Position numbers and translations under genes: made by a program. Of a stretch of 64,000 bases of DNA, positions 23,358-34,975 are shown in pieces. The stretch's first letter is position 1, and each line of letters starts with the position of its first letter. A model generated the notes under the pieces. It searched no databases. It was not told the origin of the DNA and worked only from the letters and a program-made list of their open reading frames with translations. Source of the stretch: Oikopleura dioica (lineage: Eukaryota > Animalia > Chordata); contig OU015566.1 in the NCBI GenBank assembly GCA_907165135.1, forward strand, positions 4,340,001 through 4,404,000. Direction: 5' to 3'.

Positions 23358-24953
23358 TTATTCAAACGCAGCGATGGTATAGTTAATCATGGCAATAAGA
23401 AGTCCCATGACACCTCTCGTAAAAAGCGATTTCTTTCTGTTCTGCATCTTTTCCTCCTGTTCTTCTTCCGTCAAATCATGTTTCGCGTCTTCTTTTGTTC
23501 AATGAGCAGTGAAATTTCGATCATTCCAAAAAGAATTTGCAGCAAAATCGAGACCGAAGCCAGAACCAATTTCAGCAATCTTGGGTAGAAGACACAAAAT
23601 TCTAAAAAAAAATTTTTTTCGAGCCAATGAGCGAGAGGATCCAAAACACGCGCTAAAAGTACCTTTGCTTCGTTCTTGATCTCTGAGCATGTCCATGCAT
23701 TCTTTCGAAGTATCAATTTTGCAGTAGTAGCTGCAAAACACCATCTTCTCGATTTCGCCCCTAAAGCCATCTTGCCATCTTTTTGGTTCAACAAGCAACA
23801 TACTTAACTGTAATGAAATTTCCAACAATCAGGGCAGAATTCAACGCTTGGCTATTGAGAGTATTGACTCTATTTCCGTGCTTGCGATTTTGATCTGTCG
23901 TGTTTTCGCTGTACTCCCCTCTAGAATTGAGAGTGTTCATGCTCTTAGTTCTGTACGGTTCGTTCGGGTTGCGATCTGGCGGCCCGTCGAAATCGTGAAG
24001 TCTCTGGCGCATGGACGAGTTTTGCGAATTTCGTCCATCGCGATAATCTAAAAAGCTTTAGAAAAATTCTAGAGCCCGTGATTTTACCTGAGTCTCGGCC
24101 AGAATCTCGATTGAATCTGTCTTTCAGTCCAGAAGTAGCTCTTGACGCCAAATCTTGGGCCATATCTCCATATTTGCCTACAATGGGGATCATCCCGTTT
24201 CTCTCAAAATTGATCGATTACCAGTATCAGGATGAAGATTCCCCATTTTATCCTTCAATCCAGCGGCTGCTTCTGCCGCTGATCCTGGTAGCTGACCGAA
24301 TTTGTCCTGAAGGTTTCCAGCCATTTCCCCAAATTTATCTTCGGAAATTTTAAGAAGAAAAAATCAGGAGGAACTTACTCATTCCAGGTATTCCACTCAT
24401 CTTATCCTGAAGTCCAGCAGCAGCTTGAGCAGCAGAACTAGGTAGTTGACCGAATTTATCCTGAAGACCTCCAGCAATATCCCCAAATTTATCTAAAGAA
24501 AAATTTCTTCATTCTTTTGAAAAACCTACCCATTCCAGGGATTCCGCTCATTTTATCCTGCAGTCCTGCCGCCGCTTGAGCAGCGCTCCCAGGGAATTGC
24601 CCAAGTTTGTCCTGAAGACCTCCAGCAAGATTTCCAAATTTATCTAAAAGTGGCAAAAACAAACAAGAAAGCGCTCTTACCTGCTCCTGGAATGCCGCTC
24701 AACTTATCACTCGCTCCTTTCGCAAGATCTCCCATTTGGTCAAAATCCGGTATTTTTGGGAACTTACTCCTCATTCCCGAAAACATTTCCTCTCCATCCG
24801 AGCTCGAGTTGTTATTTTTTGACATGAGCCTCTGCTTTTCGGGATCGTGAGTTTGCTTTTTTGGTATCAAAGGAGGCCCTGGCAAATCATCTTGAAATAA
24901 CTAACGAATCAAAAATGTGCTTTACCTTCATTTTGCCACCTAGATCTGTTCAT
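23358..24953 (-). CDS. Ninjurin-like protein X with repetitive Gly/Ala-rich N-terminus (about 9 exons; 1-nt frameshift in the run at 23493-23496)
   Basis: Start MNRSRWQNE|DDLPGPP, exon-encoded DKFGxxAGGLQDK repeats, NTLNSQALNSALIVGNFITVK, a Cys-rich insert, TM1 LKLVLASVSILLQILFGMIEISLL and TM2 GVMGLLIAMINYTIAAFE*. Confidence 0.75.
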
Positions 24954-25354
24954 TTCTTGTCTCTGAATGATCGTTTCTCGGATGTTTTTACTTTCCCTTT
25001 CGTATTTTTAATAAAGCGCGTTACGAGTTCTTTGAATCATAAGAACGATTTTGGGCAGCAGTCAACAGCAAAAAGGGCCATATAAAAACGTGTAATAAAA
25101 AGTAGAGACGACGATGAATTCTTTTTTTAATATCACTCTGATTTTTCCCGCGCTTAATTATATTTCAATGAATCAAGAAAAATAGCATTGTACGGATTAA
25201 TTCATATCGTAAAGCTCATTGTAAAGATATTTGTATGTTTTTTGTTCCATTTTTAAATTCATTCAAAATGTAAATAAAGTAATAAAATATTCAAATATTT
25301 GCTTCTCTGGATGCTGCTGGGCTATTATTGCAAACAGATCCATAGAAAAGAGAT

Positions 25355-26558
25355 ATGTCGAGCCCGCGTTCGACAATCATCTTTAGTGAATTAACCGATA
25401 CGACACCGGTCGACCCTGATGAAGGACCTTCTAAAGCAGGTTAATATTCATCGAAAATATAAGTCCCTTATTGCTTCTGGTAAGAGCCTTAAACGGTGAA
25501 AATTTAAATTTAAGATCATATTAAGATGAATCGCTGAAAACTTTAAGATAAAGCCAAATGACAAGTCATTTTCATAGGTGTATCAATATCCGAGATTGAT
25601 AAAATGATCGCACAAGAAACCGCTCCTCTTTGGAAATTATACGGAAACATGCAAGCAACGATTCAGAAGCAGCACTTTGAATTTGAAAACACCATAAAAA
25701 ACCTGAAAGATGAAGTGAAGACTCTTCAGGATGAGAAAAAAGAAATGGCGGATAAAATTGATAATCTTCAATTGAACAATAACCACTTAAAAGACAATAT
25801 AAAATTAATGAAAATGGAAAATGAAAAGCTCATGGTGAAGTTAAAAAGAGATTGGAGAAACTCGAAAACTCAAGAAGAGATTAATAAAATACAAATTGAT
25901 CTATTTGAGATGAAGGTCGAATTAAAGTCGGAAATCCAAAAGAATCGATGGGCAATAGCTGGGAATGGACATTATTATGGTCCGGACCCCTTGGAAAAAT
26001 TCGACGGAATTCGTAATGGAACCATAATGGAGCTTAAAATTGTACTAGAACTTATCGCTCGGGGAGCTAAAGCAGTAAATTTTAAGAGAATAAGTCTTTA
26101 ATATTGTTTTTTATCCATTTTTAATTGAAAAAATTATGACTTACCAAAGCTATCACGAGACTATCACGAATTTGTCATTACTGAAGCAGACTGGGAAATC
26201 GAAAAATTCATTGTAGGAGATGAGTCGTTAGATGTCAAAGAGTTTCCTATCTCTGAGCATTTAATGATAAAGAAAAAAGGTTTTTGTTCTTTTTTCTTTT
26301 ATTATTCTGTAATATACAAAATATCTGTTAGGGCAAATTACACGATTTCGAGTGAAATGCGAAGATATTGACCGCGAGACTGGTGAAAGCTCGATCAATA
26401 AAGATGTTCATGGAATAATGGAGACTGAATATGGTGACATCGAAGATGTTCCTTGGCAAAAGCTTCCTTTGATAGAGGAATCATTTCAATTCTTTCATTC
26501 CTCTCTTTATCGCGCGAAAGCACCTTCTGATTTGCGATTTAATATACTTTTTGAATAA
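25355..26558 (+). CDS. Orphan coiled-coil protein with a C-terminal globular domain (paralog of 36302-37374)
   Basis: Exon 25355-25439 splices in phase 1 to 25578, giving a long heptad-rich region. It probably continues via GCA|gtaaat...caaag|CTA and AAA G|gtttt...ttag|GG to the stop at 26558. If not, the large exon stops at 26101. Confidence 0.65.
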
Positions 26559-27294
26559 AGGAACGAATTGAATAAGACTCTTGGATATATTATGTTTAAA
26601 ATTCGTCATATAAGAATCTCTAGAATTTCTTTAAAAGAAGTGACGGTCGACACTGACTATGTGACATAGTCTATGTCACTTTGCCCGCGCTTTTTCTATT
26701 GTTCCTTTTTAGACTCGCTCATAGTGATTGCAGGATTGGTTGACCCTTCACCCGCTCTTTAGGGGGCAAGTACCTGCGCAACCCACTGTACAATGAATGA
26801 GCTTCGGCAGTTTTTTAACAAACTGAAATCGTTTGGTAATTGGCAAAAACAACAAAATTGTTTATCTGCTCGTCCATTTTAAAATGAGTGGTGCTCTAGG
26901 CTTAAACCCGTCTGAGCTCCTTACAAATTTCTTGAGCTCTATAATTTCCTCTCGAAAAAGAGCCTCATTTCTAAACGTGAGGTCACAAAATAATACTTTT
27001 CCCTCGTCTTCTCTGACTGACCTTTTTTGAGATTATTTTTTGAGTTTTGTTATTTTACCCGAAATCGTTTAAAAAACAACTATGTCGAGAAATATTGGAG
27101 GAATAAATAATCATATGGCGAAAAAAGGGTGAGTACCGTAAAAACGCTATTTTGCGAAAAACGGTAAAACAAAAAGAAAGGTGATAAAAACCTGGGCAGG
27201 AAAAAACGCGTAAAAGTTCTGAGCAGCTAATTAAAATGGAACAATAAACTTGAAACCTTAGATTTCGCGTCCTAAACACCGTAGTTGTTTTACT

Positions 27295-30200
27295 ATGATC
27301 GAGAAGAAAATAAAAAGCCTGACAGGGCAGCTGCCTAAAATGCCAAAAACAGGGTAAGTTCTTAAAAATGTCAAATAATCATTCTTTTTGACAGTTTTTT
27401 TTGTATATATGAATTTGTAGACGTAGTCAATATTTTATGAGAAATCATAAACTAACTTTCGTACTTTTAGTTATTGCATTCTTCAAATTGCCATAGTCAA
27501 AAATATTTTGAAAACCAAATTGATCATTTTCAGGCTTTTTGAAGAGAAAAAACAGCAAGAAGTAGAAATGAAAAAGGATAAACCAAAAGATGAAAAGAAA
27601 AATCCAAGCGCTGCGCTTTCCAAGTTTCAGGAAATGTCACAAATAGAAGCTGCCGATACAGAGTTTTTCACTGTAACTTACATGAAGAGCGATCCGAAAA
27701 GGAAGCAGAGGGGCCCAGGGAATCATCTGAAATTCGACCTGAAAAACACCAAGTAAGTTTTTTCGATTTTTTGACCAAATTTTGACCAAATTTTGGCGAA
27801 ATTTTTGGCAATTTGGTCATTGATCAAATTTTCAGCATTTTGGTCCAAATGAGCGAGGAAATAATGCGAACCAATTCCGGTTTTCCGATGGAAAAATTGA
27901 AAAAATTCTCTCAAGGAAAAACAGACGACGCCGAATTTTTCACATCTAGTTATTTGAAAAACGGGCAAAAGACCAAATTTGGCACCCCAAACTCCGTCGA
28001 AGTCGAACAAGTGAATTGGTTCAGAAGCGGGTTGAAAAAGCCGAATCAGGTTCAGAAGGCTCCAATCATCGACGAAGAAGAGGAGGAGAGTGTTGATTCA
28101 AGAGATCGGATTCAGAAAAATTATTACAGTAACTTCGCGAATTCTTCTGATACTGATGATTCCCGGAGCTTGATTCCTCGAGGTTAGGATTTTGAGATTC
28201 TTCTTTTTATCCGTTTCTAGCGCGAAGTAAGAGCAAACTTGGCTACCCGATTTCTTCCCACGGTCGGTTCAAAAATCAGCGTTCTGAGTCAAACAGTAAG
28301 TCAAGATCTTAAAATTTTTTTTCCAAATTTTTTGTCCAATCATCAAATTTAAGACTTTCAAAAATCCGCGAGAGACGATGCAATCGAAGCTGTAACACAA
28401 CTTGAACCACTGAGAATCGACGACCCTCCTTTCGATTTTCAGAAAAACCCAAATTTGAGAATTTCGACTGTTTCCATCGAAAGCGAAGTGGACCTGCCCA
28501 AGTTTGGTGAAGAAAAGAATCTGGCCAAGCAGCTGCAATCAATGCATGGGAACGGATTCAAGAAGCAATTTCCGCACCTTCCACCGCCTTATGTTTCAAT
28601 GAGGGGCGAATTTGAATCTGACTATCAAAGAGGTAAAAAAATCTGAAAAAAAATTTGCGTGGGCGGCTACTTGGCTGCTTATTGGCCGGATGGCCAAATC
28701 AAGGCTTCTGATTGGCCAAAGATTTTCACAGAAAATTTGATCAAATTTTTTTTTTCGATTCGAAAAATTTGATTAAATTTTTTGTTCGACTCGGCCCATT
28801 TTTTAACCCAAATTTTCCGAAAATTAAGTTTGCTATGAGTCATCAATTTCGACAAAAAAAGCAAAAATACGATACTTGTGACATTTTCACTATTTTTGCT
28901 CTTTTTGATCGGTGCAAGGGGCGATAACAAGCGATTATTTTTATCAGTCCAAAAAAGTGAACTCCCCACTTCGAGTTTTGTTATTTTGGAATCAGCGAAC
29001 TTGCGTGGCGGCGCCAACATCTGTGAAATAATTCAATCTTGCGTTATTTCAGATTTGCGAAAACGTCCGTCCGCGACGAGGAAGAAAAGCTTTGGAAGCG
29101 ATTACGCGAGCGATGAACCTCTTCTTAACTTTGAACGAGAACGAAACGTCAACGCGGATTATCCAAAATATGGTGAGTTGGGCAACTCTTTTGTTAGGAA
29201 AATTAAATTTTTATGACATTTTTCATTGTTACGCCGTTTATTTCTTTCATTTTTTTTTAATTCAAAAAAAAATCATCTTTTTGATCGCAAAAATGTCATT
29301 TTTCAAGAAAAAAATTAATTATTTTTTGAATTATTTTTTGTGCCCAAATCTTGCTCAAATATCTCCAGGTACAAAAAGTAAAAATTTAGAATTGATTAAT
29401 TACTTTGAAATCTAATTTTTGATCTTTAGAGAGCCTTGATCGAAAAAGAAGAAGTTCGAGAGACGATCGAGATCGAAGATCACGTGATCGAGAGCGCGAT
29501 CGTGATCGAAACCGACGAAGAAGAAGAGAAAGATCCTACAGTGACTACGAAACCTCATCCGATGAAGAAAACGACTGGAACGACAACCATTCAAAAACGG
29601 CCAATAAAATTAACACTTTGAACAGCCAGGCGCTCAATTCCGCCTTGATTGTTGGAAATTTCATCACCGTCAAGTAAGTTCGAAATGATTTTTTGATTAT
29701 ATGAATTTTGAAGGACTGAGATTGAAAGGCTGCAGTTTTGCTACAATCACTGTATTGATATGGATTCTGAGAATTGTTTTGAGATTCTAAGAGAGCAAGA
29801 AAGAAGCAAAGGAAAGGGTTGAAAACTTATATCGAGAAGTGATCAAGACTTTTGATTCGTCGAAAAACAAAAAAGAGCCTTCTGATTGGCCAATCAACAA
29901 AAATCAGCTTTCTGATTGGCTTATCCACTAAAATCAGCTTTCTGATTGGCTAATCCATTGGAATCAGTTTTTTGATTAGCTGATCCTTTGAAATCGGCTT
30001 TCTGATCGGCTTGGCCACTTAAATCAGCTCTCTGATTGGCTAAAGTTGAAAATCTCTTTTTTATCCTTATTTTTCACCTTTTGAAAAGATTTCTGCATGC
30101 TGTACATTCGCTATCTGAAAATGGTTCTTGCCTCCACGAGCATTGTTCTTCAGATTATTTACGGGATGATGGATATCTCTCTCGTCGTGGAACGAAAAGA

Positions 30201-30333
30201 AGACGCGAACGACGATTTGACCGAAGAGGAGCAAGAAATCAAGATGGACAACAGGAGAAACTTCACGTTTGGGCTCGGAGTAGTGGGACTATTCATTGCT
30301 CTTGTGAATTATGTTATTACTGCTTTTGAATAA
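27295..30333 (+). CDS. Ninjurin-like protein Y with long charged N-terminus (multi-exon)
   Basis: MIEKKIKS...MPKTG|LFEEKKQQ start; C-terminal INTLNSQALNSALIVGNFITVK|TEIERLQFCYNHCIDMDSENCFEILREQERSK|DFCMLYIRYLKMVLASTSIVLQIIYGMMDISL...GVVGLFIALVNYVITAFE*. Colinear with protein X. Confidence 0.78.
29870..30040. repeat. About 30-bp tandem repeat (TTCTGATTGGC...AATCAGCT) x6 inside a ninjurin-Y intron
   Basis: Directly visible repeated ttctgattggc/aaatcagct units, related to the MITE A internal motif. Confidence 0.8.
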
Positions 30334-32399
30334 AACACAATTTTTCCATCAAAAAAGGGGGATTTGACTTGAAAAGACAAAAATTAGCGCATGATTTTTT
30401 CGATTTTTTTTTCTAAAATCTGATTGGCCATCCGCTCGAATAAGCAATTCTGATTGGTTGGAAATTAAAAATAAAAAAATTGCAGAAATAATTGGATTTT
30501 TGTGTCGGAACGAGTCGATTTTTTTATATAAATGATGAATTTTTACTGTCTTTCTTTTTATTTCTGGAGTTCTTCTGGCAAAAATGAACAGTCAGATTGG
30601 ATATTTAGTCAATAATTTCGGGAAGATCTCCCCCTTTCCCGTATTTAATTATATATTTTGTCACGAAATATATAAATGGCTCTATTTTGATATTTATACT
30701 ACCATCTCTGCCCAAGAATCAGAAGTAAAAAGCCCGGAAAAGCTCTTCCGCCGCACCAAAACAGTTTTCATTGCAAGTTCAAGAAAATAATTAAAGCACG
30801 GATCGTGTTTGGAGTAATCTGGCAACGGGAGGATTTCTTCCGGCGGCGCAAGAAATTGATTTCATCAAAATTAATCTTTCTTTGATTAGATTGCACATTT
30901 TCGAAACAAAACAGAAACTTGCTGGAAAAAACGAATCAAACTTGATTTTCGGAAAAGTAAACTTACGGTAACAGTTGTCTTAAAAGCTCCAAAATTCTGA
31001 GCCTTTTCAAGTATCATGAACCGTGTTTTTGCATCCTGCACGTGTACTGAATTACACTCTCTCCCCTTTTACAGTATTCCCGCCTCCCGCGAACCACGAA
31101 ATTGATGTTTTATGTTTCGGATTTTCAACTCTTTTAATCCACTTTGAATCTTGTCACTTATCCCTTCCCCCTTGTGACAAGGAGCACGTTTTCAATAGCG
31201 CAAATTTCATCGAAAAAAAGAGAACAGGGGACATTTTAGACTGCAGCTTTTGCGAAAATTCAAAATTGTTGAATGAGGGATTGCGGCTTTTTCGTTATTA
31301 CCAGTGCGGAAATTCAACATTTTGAAGTACACGAATTTCAACATACAATTTTAAGGGGAGCACCAATGAATTCGATTTTCTTTTTTTCGACCAAAAAACA
31401 AGGCTTAGCAGCCTATGAAGGAAGCCCAACTAAGATTCTGAAGACCATAAATGAAAAGCCGCGTAGCGGCTTTTTTTATAACCGAAGCCGTAAAGCGGCT
31501 TCGCCAGTATTAAAAAAAGGAGTTATGGTTATACTGGCGAAGCCGCTTCGCGGCTTCGATTATAAAAAAGCCGCTGCGCGGCTTTTGATTTATGGTCTTC
31601 AAAACCTGAGTCAGGTTTTCTACTCTGCCAAAATAGACAGTGAATTGCTTTGAACATTTCAGAGGCCACAAATTGATTCCGTTTGTTTTCGAAAAGCACG
31701 TGCGTAGGGTCATTTCCAAGTGATTATTCGCTCTTTTCGGAAATCAAAAGTTTATAGAAATTATCGCAATTAAGCGGTTAGTAATCTCGCGGCCGCGGCA
31801 GCATAATGACACGATAAATGACTCCGAATGGGCGATAAAAAGAGAGTTTCAGAAAAAAGCTCTAAATAATCTGTTTTTCTTCTTATTCCGGGGGTTGACC
31901 TTTCGTTACTAGCTCCGGAAGCAGAAAGTAAAACAAAAAAAGCTCTGAAACGTGTCATTTTCGACTCGAGCTTTTCTGGTGAAAAATGAAGAATTGTTAT
32001 AATTGCGTCTTTTTACTCTGCATAAAAGACTGATACCCTTATTCAAATAGAGCTGATTTTTCCCTGAAAAAATTAAGAAAGGTCTAATCTTTTATATTTT
32101 AAATTCAAATAAGGGTGTCACTATGTAAACTTTAGACAAAAAAGCTGCAGCGAAATAGCGATTCTGGATATCTACCCCCTTAAAATTTCGATAAATTTTG
32201 CGTCGAAATTTTCAACCAATCTGAAGCCTTGAGTCGACCGACCGGCCAATCAGCAACCGAATACCTGCCTACGCAAAATAAGTCGAAATTTTTTTGTCGT
32301 TTCTTGACATCTACCCCCTTAAAGAAATCCACTTCATAATGATTTTTTTTCTGAAAAAGTTTATCAAAGTTCATGTTCAAAATTGGTCCTCTTTTCTTT

Positions 32400-33240
32400 T
32401 CTTCGCCAAATGTGCTCTTGAAAGAAAAATCATTAAGCGGTTTCTTGAGTAAAGAAAAACAGCATTTTCTTGTGTCAGCAGAACATCACTTTGAGCAAGT
32501 TCTATCTCGCAAGAAAATTCGAAAATCATAATTATTAGCGAAAAAACGGTGCTGCCCACACACGTCACCAGGCAGATTGCTTATTAGAAAATAGCCCAGA
32601 ATTAAAATGCTTTTGGCTAAACAGCTTTTTTTTCTCCCCCCTCGACGAATGTATAGCTACAGATTAAAGAAAACTAGATTTCAAGTTGAAATTTTTTTTG
32701 CTAAGTGATTTTTGAATGACCGACTTTTTGAAAGATTGTCTAAATATTATTATTGACAGAAAAATAAGGGAACCGCAATGATAACTTTTGGCTAGAAAAT
32801 CGTGTTTAGAAGAAAATGCAGGAGCAGTTTTTTCATGTTGATGTGGCAGTTTCCTCCAGATTTGGCTGGGAATTCTCGCTCACGATGAAAAATGGGCGAG
32901 AATATCCGCTTGATTCAAGAGTTTTTAAGGGCCTCTCTGCAGCAAAAAAATGCAACAAATGCAATTTTCTTTTGAAAAATTGATTTTTGGGATTCCTGCT
33001 ATTTTAATTTTAGTTTTTGATGATTTCGCTGGATAACCCATGTTTTGAGAAAAAAATACCCTGGAATCGTATTTTACGATCTTTCCCGTTTCTAAACGTA
33101 ATTGGAAAACTCACGCTGGACATAATAATAAGCATAACGGGGAATGAGCTTTTGAGCTGGCTGATAAGCACCGCGAAAATCGCAGTTGGGAGATTCTAAA
33201 GAACACCCCTCAATTGATTTAAGAACTCTCTCATGCTGAT
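32400..33240 (-). CDS. Possible exons of an unknown gene
   Basis: QHERVLKSIEGCSLESPNCDFRGAYQPAQKLIPRYAYYYVQ|QTGKIVKYDS splices with gtgag...ttag. The rest is unresolved. Confidence 0.25.
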
Positions 33241-33989
33241 GCCAGCTTTCCGGGCTCGGAAACCTGTTCAGAAAACCTGAGTCAGGGTCTGAAGAGCTTA
33301 CATGAAAAGCCGCGTAGCGGCTTTTTTTTAAATAAAGCCGCGAAGCGGCTTCGTTTTTAGAAAAGCCGCTACGCGGCTTTTGATTACTGCTCTTTAGATC
33401 CTGACTCAGGTTTTCTAGGCAGCTTTAATTTTCCTTATTCTTCCCAATCAGCTGTTTCAACCCTTAGCGCTTCCAGAATTGCTTATCAATGTTTTCTTAA
33501 AAAATAATATTCAAGAAGCGGAAACAGCCGTTACATCTCAAAACTAGTATCAAGTGTATTTTCGAATGGCTTGCATCTTGCAGGGGCACTTGTAAATTCT
33601 TACAAAATTGAATAAATGGGTACTCAGAACGGAATCTTATCGCCGGTGAAGTTTCAGGAACTCTAAACGGCGGCGCAATACTATCTTATCGACGAATTAT
33701 TCGCGGTCCTAAAATTTACAAAGGCTTCTAATGAGAAAACCAACTACAATTTATGATTCCAAAATTTACCATCATAAACGGTATTTGGAAAGATGAAAAT
33801 TCCATTTAGAAAAAATGGTTGGGAAAAAATTTTAATCCAGCTGCCAAGTTTTTGCAAATATGCTAATACTTGCCTTCTGAGTATCTAAGAACGCAGCCTG
33901 TCTTATTTTTGACAAGATAAATATTTTTCTCCTCTGCACGGCGCTGATAAAAGCTTCTTACGAGCAAAATAAATTCAGAAAATATCAGA

Positions 33990-34502
33990 ATGATGAAAAC
34001 TTTCCTTTTTCTTTTTTTCGGATTGGCAGCGGCCCACGACGTTCCGGTTCCCGCTTGGAAGCTAGAGCGAGTCCGAGATTTGTCGAGGTCCATGTCGACG
34101 AATAATGTTGGAACCACTCTACTCCTCAATGCCCTTCAAATCGCTGATTTTAACGCTGTGCCATCATTCAAAGCGGAACAACTTGAATTTCCCGGAGCTC
34201 GAATTCTCATCCAACGCGCTGCTGACATTGGCGAAGAACTCAAAATAACCCTGGCTGAAGCTGATTTCTCCGATGAAGATTTAATTATTCAGGAAATCGA
34301 ACGAGCCGGCTCGGAATTCTACGAAGCTGCTGAAGAAATGGTTTCTCAAGACGAAGGGCTTTCCCGAATGAAGCGATTCACTGGACTCGAAGTTGTTGTC
34401 GTTGGCATCGTTGCCGGTGCAGTCACATGTATCAGTACTGCCATTTTTACAGGCAGCTCATGCGTTAGCGTCAGGGACATCAATGTCAATCTCCCCGGCT
34501 AG
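33990..34502 (+). CDS. Intronless 170-aa secreted prepro-protein (acidic pro-region, RMKR site, hydrophobic C-terminal peptide)
   Basis: Signal MMKTFLFLFFGLAAA, Glu/Asp-rich middle, then SRMKR|FTGLEVVVVGIVAGAVTCISTAIFTGSSCVSVRDINVNLPG*. Confidence 0.85.
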   Translation: MMKTFLFLFFGLAAAHDVPVPAWKLERVRDLSRSMSTNNVGTTLLLNALQIADFNAVPSFKAEQLEFPGARILIQRAADIGEELKITLAEADFSDEDLIIQEIERAGSEFYEAAEEMVSQDEGLSRMKRFTGLEVVVVGIVAGAVTCISTAIFTGSSCVSVRDINVNLPG

Positions 34503-34769
34503 GCAGATTTTATACAATATCTGAATCTTTATTCCTGACTTTTCCTCTATCTCTGACTGATTCAATTTCTCCTTCTGATCAATACATGTTTAAATCTCAA
34601 ATCAATTTTGAAGAACGAAAATCGTTTTATTTTCCCCCGAAGAAATCCGACTCTCCTCCTCATCCCTCTAATCATCTCATTATTCCGTTAAAAATGTTAT
34701 CCTTCAAGAACCAGCAAGGCCGTGGAATTCGCCTCAGTCATTCTTTGAATTATCATTTTTGAAATCAAA

Positions 34770-34975
34770 AATACAGACGAGTCATTTTTAAAAGAGTCGT
34801 TTTAAAGAAGTCGTTTTCAAAAGAGTCGTTTTTTAAAAAGAGTCGTTTTCAAAAGAGTCGTTTTTAAAAGAGTCGTTTTCAAAAGAGTCGTTTTCAAAAG
34901 AGTCGTTTTAAAAAAAGTCGTTTTTAAAAGAGTCGTTAAAAAATCGTTCTTTTAAAGAGTCGTTTTGAAAAAGTC
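34770..34975. repeat. Minisatellite, about 15-16-bp unit AAAAGAGTCGTTTT(C/T), about 13 copies
   Basis: Directly visible tandem array. Confidence 0.9.

Noticed and set aside
26150-26400. Chromodomain call for WEIEKF...KKKGQITRFRVKC
   Set aside because: The resemblance is superficial: the aromatic cage and VKW/TWE motifs are absent and the paralog does not keep the pattern.
33990-34502. Endogenous viral envelope/fusion gene
   Set aside because: Only the cleavage site and hydrophobic peptide resemble a fusogen; there are no heptad repeats, TM anchor, LTRs or neighbouring viral genes.
34770-34975. CRISPR-like regular repeats (also 29870-30040 and 40715-40830)
   Set aside because: Units are adjacent or separated by repeat-derived sequence, with no unique constant-length spacers and no cas genes, in a eukaryotic context.
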